From: Candidatus Poribacteria bacterium
GTDB lineage: Bacteria > Poribacteria > WGA-4E > UBA9662
Length of the DNA stretch: 64,000 bases
Assembly (NCBI GenBank): GCA_046582655.1
Contig: JAYGDX010000201.1
Span: forward strand, 1-64,000
Reading direction: 5' to 3'
The notes under the pieces were generated by a model that was given only the letters and a program-made list of their open reading frames with translations, did no database searches and had not been told where the DNA came from. How positions within the stretch are numbered: the first letter of the stretch is position 1; each line of letters begins with the position of its first letter. Positions 58,896 to 64,000 of the stretch are shown here, piece by piece. Made by a program: the position numbers and the translations under genes.

Positions 58896-61505
58896 GTGTT
58901 TCAAAGAGTATTAACAAGGTTTTTTGGCAACAAAGAAGATAGGCTTTTTAAGCGTTTTCAACCATTGGTCGAACAGATCAACCAGTTTGAACCATCGATT
59001 CAAAAGCTGTCGGATGTCGAACTGAAATCGAAAACGCCCGATTTGCGCCAACAATTATACAATGGGGTTTCATTAAATGACCTTTTGCCTGAAGCGTTTG
59101 CTGTTGTCCGAGAGACAGCGGTACGTGCTCTTGGTCAGAGGCATTTTGACGTCCAACTTATCGGAGGAATAGCTCTTCATCAAGGCAGTATCGCCGAGAT
59201 GAAAACTGGTGAAGGGAAAACACTAACATCCACCTTGGCTGTGTACTTGAATGCACTTGAAGGAAAAGGTATTCATCTCGCTACAGTTAACGATTACTTA
59301 GCGAAGCGTGATGCAGAATGGATGGGACAAATCTATAACTTCCTCGGTTTATCGGTTGGCCTAACGGTTAGTGGCATGTCGCATGAGGAGAAAAGACTTG
59401 GCTATAAGTCTGATATTACATACGGTGTACATAGCGAATTCGGCTTTGATTACTTGTGGGGCAACAAGGCCCGTCATTTGGAAGGTAAAGTCCAGCGCAA
59501 CCATAACTTTGCAATTATAGATGAAGTGGACAGTGTCCTGATTGATGAGGCACGTGTACCATTAATTATCGCTGAACCTCATGGTGAGCCGGTTGAGCGA
59601 TATCAAAAGATCCGTCGTGCCATTGTCAGGCTTCGGCTGAATGACCATTATGAGATTGACGAAAAGGGCAGTAAACGCGGGACGGTAGTGCTAACTGATC
59701 TTGGGGTTGATGAGGTTCAAAGGTTATTGGGGGTAGAAGATCTTTACAGCCACGACAATATGGACGTCATCCATCACGTCAATCAAGCATTGATTGCACA
59801 GGCTCTCTACAAGCGTGATATCGATTATGTAGTGAAAGGCGGAGAGGTGGTCATTGTTGACGAATTTACCGGGAGGATGCAAGAAGGAAGACGGTACAGC
59901 GAAGGGTTGCATCAGGCACTTGAAGCGAAAGAAAACGTTCGGATTGTGCAGGAAAGCCAAACAGGAGCAAGAATCTCCTACCAGAACTATTTCCGCATGT
60001 ACGATAAACTATCGGGCATGACCGGTACAGCCGCAACCGAAGCAAATGAGTTCGCCCAAATCTATAGTTTGGATGTTGTCGTGGTGCCAACGAACCGTCC
60101 CATGGTTCGCATGGATCTCGCCGATCAAATTTACAAGACTGAAAAAGCAAAATTCAATGCAGTAATTACGGATATCCTCGAAAAACATGAACAGGGTTGC
60201 CCCGTTTTGGTCGGTACGATTTCGATCGAAAACTCCGAAAAGCTGAGCAGAATGCTGAAGGTAAAAAACCGAAATTTGGATCACCAAGTGTTAAATGCCA
60301 AAGAGCATGCCCGTGAAGCAACCATCATAGCTCAAGCAGGAATGCCAGGCGCAGTGACGATTGCGACAAACATGGCAGGTCGTGGCGTTGACATTTTACT
60401 CGGCGGTAGTCCCGATATTATCACCAGACAGTTCCTGCGAAAAAAACGCCTGAACCCAGATGCGACGGATCAGGAATCTGAGGAGTGGACATCGGCGTTT
60501 CAGGAAGCTAACGCTGTCTGTGCCGAAAACCGTGAAAAAATTCTGGTTGCTGGCGGATTGCATATCATCGGTACTGAACGGCATGAATCACGTCGGATCG
60601 ACAATCAGCTCCGAGGCCGATCTGGCCGGCAAGGGGATCCCGGTTCTTCCCGGTTTTACCTGTCTCTTGAAGATGACTTAATGCGTAAGTTTGGTCAAGA
60701 CCGACTGCAAGGGATGATGGATAAGGTTGGTATGGATGACGAAATTCCAATCGAACACACTTGGATTACTAAAGCTATCGAAAAAGCACAAAAACGTGTT
60801 GAGGACAAACATTTCGAAATCCGTAAGAATTTGCTGAAATTCGACGACGTGATGACGGTACAACGCCAAACGATTTACTCACTCCGTGACGAAATCCTCC
60901 ATGGCGACGAATTAACAAATAAGATATGGGAGATGATCGAAAACCTTGTTGACGATCATCTCGATTTTTACTTGATCAATCCCGATCCCGAAGAAGAGAG
61001 TGGTGTTGAAGTTTTTGCCAAGTGGTTGACTCGAACATTTCCGATTGACTTATCCACATGGTTGCCACCCATTGATCAACAGGAACCAAATCAAATTCGG
61101 AGTTGTATTATTGAATCTTTGCAAAGCATATATGCACTACGTGAGAAAGAGATGGGAGTTGAGATCATGCGTGAGTTGGAACGCATGATACTTCTCGATC
61201 GGATCGATAGTCATTGGAAGGACCACCTTTACAACATCGACTATCTTGAAGAAGGAATTCATCTTCGCGGTTATGGCGGTAAGGATCCAATTGTTGTTTT
61301 CAAGAATGAAGCGCTCGGCGTTTTTGAATCCATGCATCAACGTATAGAAGAGGAAGTTTGCGAATACGTTTTTAAAGCCCAGCTTAACATCGAATCCAGA
61401 GAAGAAAAACGAAGTAGAACACCAGCTCGCCCAAAGGACAAAAAGCAAGCTATGCCCAGGCGGAGGGCCACTAGAAGTAATCGCCCGAAAAGACGGAAAA
61501 GATAG
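58896..61505 (+). CDS. secA: Preprotein translocase subunit SecA
   Basis: LPEAFAVVRE, FDVQLIGG, IAEMKTGEGKT, TVNDYLA, DEVDSVLIDEAR, GMTGTA, TIATNMAGRG, ERHESRRIDNQLRGRSGRQGDPG; GTG start with AAGGA RBS. Confidence 0.97.
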   Translation: MFQRVLTRFFGNKEDRLFKRFQPLVEQINQFEPSIQKLSDVELKSKTPDLRQQLYNGVSLNDLLPEAFAVVRETAVRALGQRHFDVQLIGGIALHQGSIAEMKTGEGKTLTSTLAVYLNALEGKGIHLATVNDYLAKRDAEWMGQIYNFLGLSVGLTVSGMSHEEKRLGYKSDITYGVHSEFGFDYLWGNKARHLEGKVQRNHNFAIIDEVDSVLIDEARVPLIIAEPHGEPVERYQKIRRAIVRLRLNDHYEIDEKGSKRGTVVLTDLGVDEVQRLLGVEDLYSHDNMDVIHHVNQALIAQALYKRDIDYVVKGGEVVIVDEFTGRMQEGRRYSEGLHQALEAKENVRIVQESQTGARISYQNYFRMYDKLSGMTGTAATEANEFAQIYSLDVVVVPTNRPMVRMDLADQIYKTEKAKFNAVITDILEKHEQGCPVLVGTISIENSEKLSRMLKVKNRNLDHQVLNAKEHAREATIIAQAGMPGAVTIATNMAGRGVDILLGGSPDIITRQFLRKKRLNPDATDQESEEWTSAFQEANAVCAENREKILVAGGLHIIGTERHESRRIDNQLRGRSGRQGDPGSSRFYLSLEDDLMRKFGQDRLQGMMDKVGMDDEIPIEHTWITKAIEKAQKRVEDKHFEIRKNLLKFDDVMTVQRQTIYSLRDEILHGDELTNKIWEMIENLVDDHLDFYLINPDPEEESGVEVFAKWLTRTFPIDLSTWLPPIDQQEPNQIRSCIIESLQSIYALREKEMGVEIMRELERMILLDRIDSHWKDHLYNIDYLEEGIHLRGYGGKDPIVVFKNEALGVFESMHQRIEEEVCEYVFKAQLNIESREEKRSRTPARPKDKKQAMPRRRATRSNRPKRRKR

Positions 61506-61527
61506 AGAACAAAGAAGAATTTAAGGA

Positions 61528-61818
61528 ATGTTGAGGCAGAATGTGCCAGTTAAACAAGATCTGTTGGAGATTTTATGTTGTCCGGTTACTAAGGTCGGTC
61601 TGGAAATACTGACCAACGAAATGCAGGTTGAATTAAATGAGAAAATCCAAAAAGGCTTAGTAAGAAATGTGGGTGGTGAAATTGTCGAAGAACCACTTGA
61701 AGAGGGATTAATTACAGTAGATACGAAGACAGTCTATCGAGTAACTTCTGATATACCGAATATGATTCCGAGTGAGGGAATTCCCATCGGTGATGAGAAT
61801 CTTATTTCTAAGTCTTAG
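61528..61818 (+). CDS. Trm112-family small protein
   Basis: DLLEILCCPVTKVGL...GLIT.D...YRV...IPNMIPSEG. Confidence 0.8.
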   Translation: MLRQNVPVKQDLLEILCCPVTKVGLEILTNEMQVELNEKIQKGLVRNVGGEIVEEPLEEGLITVDTKTVYRVTSDIPNMIPSEGIPIGDENLISKS

Positions 61819-62980
61819 GTGCCCATTTCCACCACATCGCGGGGATCGAATTCGTAACTATAGTTTTATTAAGCAACTGGCGAAGGATCATGCTGTTACA
61901 GTTGTTTCCTTTGCCGAATCTAGGGAAGAGACTAATAATATTAAAGAACTCAGGTCGTTTTGTGAGCGGGCTGAGTTGGTACCTTTTAGCCGCTTGCAAG
62001 CGAGAAAGAATTGTATTTTCAATTTTTTCTCCAAGAACCCGCTCCAAATACATTATTGGAGATCAACTAAGATGCAAAGGATGATCGACAATCTTCTGCA
62101 ACAGATGGATTTCGAGCTTGTGCACGCGCACCTCTTTCGAATGGGGCAGTATGTTGCCGATTGTGAAGGAGTTCCGAAGATGCTTGATCTTTGCGATTCA
62201 ATGGCATTGAATTTAAGCCGCCGGATCAAAATCGATCGTAGTGCTATTTTACCCCTTCTCAAGATGGAACAGAAGCGGGTACGCGATTATGAGGTAGAAA
62301 TCGCCCGGGTTTTCGATCACAGCACGGTGGTAGCGCAGTGTGACCACGATTATTTGCTTAAACAAGATTCAGATCTTAACCTATCAGTCATTCCGGTTGG
62401 TATTGATCTTGATTATTTTCAGCCGAGCAACACAGATGGGGGATTGAATCTGTTATTTACAGGGACAATGGATTATTTCCCAAATTACGACGCAGCGATT
62501 TATTTCCACAACGAAATTTTACCACTGATTGTTGCCAAACATTCAGAAGTAACTTTCTCAATTGTTGGCAACAATCCAACCAATCAAGTTAAGCAACTTG
62601 CAAGCGACAATGTAACTGTAACTGGCTATGTTCCCGACGTGCGTGTTTACTTTAACCGAGCAACGGTCTTTGTATCACCGATGCGATCAGGATCAGGCTT
62701 GCAGGTAAAGCATCTTGAAGCGATGGCAATGGGTGTTCCTATCGTGACAACAACAATTGGGGCGATGGGTATCGAAGCAATAGCAAGTCAAGATTTGTTA
62801 GTAGCTGACACGCCACATGATTTTGCGAGCCATGTAAACATGTTGCTCAACGATCGAGAACTCCGCGAGTCAATTGGCAATTCAGGTAGGAAATTGATTG
62901 AAGAGAAGTACGATTGGCAAATTTTAGGGAAACGACTAAATGAGGTTTACTCCCAAATAACCGAAAGGAAAGCATGCTGA
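61793..62980 (+). CDS. Glycosyltransferase family 4 (exopolysaccharide-associated sugar transferase)
   Basis: MRILFLS..PFPPHRGDRIR, GIDLDYF, FTGTMDYFPN, TGYVPDVR, KHLEAMAMGVP. Confidence 0.92.
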   Translation: MRILFLSLRCPFPPHRGDRIRNYSFIKQLAKDHAVTVVSFAESREETNNIKELRSFCERAELVPFSRLQARKNCIFNFFSKNPLQIHYWRSTKMQRMIDNLLQQMDFELVHAHLFRMGQYVADCEGVPKMLDLCDSMALNLSRRIKIDRSAILPLLKMEQKRVRDYEVEIARVFDHSTVVAQCDHDYLLKQDSDLNLSVIPVGIDLDYFQPSNTDGGLNLLFTGTMDYFPNYDAAIYFHNEILPLIVAKHSEVTFSIVGNNPTNQVKQLASDNVTVTGYVPDVRVYFNRATVFVSPMRSGSGLQVKHLEAMAMGVPIVTTTIGAMGIEAIASQDLLVADTPHDFASHVNMLLNDRELRESIGNSGRKLIEEKYDWQILGKRLNEVYSQITERKAC

Positions 62981-64000
62981 AGTTACGAGCTAGGAAGTTA
63001 CGAGCTAGATTGATTAGCTCAGTTTTAATTGATTTTATGTTAATTAGTATTGCTTTTTTACTCACTCTCTATACTGGTAAGCTTTTAAGCCTAGACTTCA
63101 TCCAGAAACTAAAAATGCAGGGAGACTTTTCGGGAAATCTCTTTGCTATTATCGTCACTGTTATTGTGATACGAATGGCGGTTTCTTTGGTATTCCAATG
63201 CCACAAACAGATATGGCGTTTTGCCAGCGTATACGAATTCACATTGCTAACTGCCACTATTGGGCTTTCTACAGTTCTGCTTATTCCAATATTGTTTATG
63301 GTCATAAACAATATTGCCGAAGGTTCTCCGCTTGGCGATATCACCGCACTTCTGCTAGTTGATGGGTTTTATAATTTTATCCTTATCGGTGGCGTGAAAT
63401 TTTCGTTGCGTTTATCAGAGGAATGGCAAAGAAGACAGGTTGTGGTTCCCCGCAAACGCATCTTAATTATTGGTGCTGGGGAGGTGGGGGTCAGCGTCTT
63501 ACGCAGTATACGTAGAAATCCAGATAAAGGGTATTTTCCGATTGGGTTTATTGATGATAATCAGGAAAAAGTAGGCAAACGAATTCACGGACTCGATATC
63601 CTTGGCACCACACGTGATTTGACCTATATTGTTCGACGACGTCAGATTGATACTGTGGTTATTGCAATGCCAAACGCTGCAGGAACAAAAGTACGTGAGA
63701 TTATCCGCCTCTGTGAGCAAAAAGGATGTGCGTTCAAGATAGTGCCGAGCATTGACGCGATTCTTTCAGGAGACGTTAGCATCAGTCAGATTCGGAGTGT
63801 TCAAGTTGAGGATTTGCTGAATCGACAGACTGCTCAGATTGATCTGGCTGAAGTTTCTAAGTCTCTATCCGGTAAACGGGTAATGGTAACTGGTGCTGGA
63901 GGGTCAATTGGTTCCGAGTTATGTCGGCAGATTGCACAGTTTAATCCGGAACAATTGATTCTTTACGCCCGTGGTGAAAATAGCCTGTATCACATTGAGC
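62974..64000 (+). CDS. Polysaccharide biosynthesis nucleotide-sugar dehydratase (CapD/PglF type), 3' truncated by window edge
   Basis: Not in the ORF track because there is no stop in the window; ATG 62974 with AAGGA RBS; N-terminal TMs, LIIGAGEVG, IGFIDD, VEDLL.R, MVTGAGGSIGSELCRQI. Confidence 0.92.
   Translation, partial: MLKLRARKLRARLISSVLIDFMLISIAFLLTLYTGKLLSLDFIQKLKMQGDFSGNLFAIIVTVIVIRMAVSLVFQCHKQIWRFASVYEFTLLTATIGLSTVLLIPILFMVINNIAEGSPLGDITALLLVDGFYNFILIGGVKFSLRLSEEWQRRQVVVPRKRILIIGAGEVGVSVLRSIRRNPDKGYFPIGFIDDNQEKVGKRIHGLDILGTTRDLTYIVRRRQIDTVVIAMPNAAGTKVREIIRLCEQKGCAFKIVPSIDAILSGDVSISQIRSVQVEDLLNRQTAQIDLAEVSKSLSGKRVMVTGAGGSIGSELCRQIAQFNPEQLILYARGENSLYHIE
62979..63008 (+). repeat. Perfect 15-nt tandem duplication GAAGTTACGAGCTAG x2
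   Basis: Read directly; in frame, giving KLRAR-KLRAR at the N-terminus of the CapD-like protein. Confidence 0.9.

Noticed and set aside
1..64000. CRISPR arrays, rRNA/tRNA genes, intact IS elements, and the many short antisense ORFs in the track
   Set aside because: No repeat-spacer periodicity, RNA gene signature or transposase motif was seen; short ORFs nested in or opposite well-supported genes are treated as shadows

Overview
A 64-kb bacterial chromosomal window using the standard genetic code, most likely from Candidatus Poribacteria. That assignment is an inference from the C-terminal '(A/P)V..xGK(I/L)T(T/S)TWAx(I/M)K' motif on secreted proteins, several PhyH dioxygenases, LamG/HEAT proteins and a DUF6785-type membrane protein. 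Housekeeping genes (metG, pyrD-pyrB, pyk, ctpA, an lpxL-like gene, phhB, secA) are mixed with carbohydrate/oxidoreductase genes (uxaA-like, uxuA, Zn-ADHs, Gfo/Idh/MocA), a planctomycete-type DUF1553-DUF1501-cytochrome/LRR cluster, the start of a polysaccharide locus and many decayed genes. I saw no rRNA, tRNA, CRISPR array or intact transposase. The two strongest hidden signals are missed or split by the ORF track. (1) A probable selenoprotein at 35327-36475 (-) has an in-frame TGA in a C-T-U motif of a thioredoxin-like, SelN-like segment, followed by a SECIS-like hairpin. (2) A complete-looking ribosome-mediated attenuator sits upstream of metG: consensus promoter, Met-rich leader peptide, antiterminator containing the leader stop, and an overlapping intrinsic terminator. 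Also notable are a PyrB fused to only the Zn domain of PyrI, an M28-peptidase/AAC(3) fusion, a candidate C-terminal sorting signal and a divergent SecA. All calls come from motif reading by eye; no searches were run.
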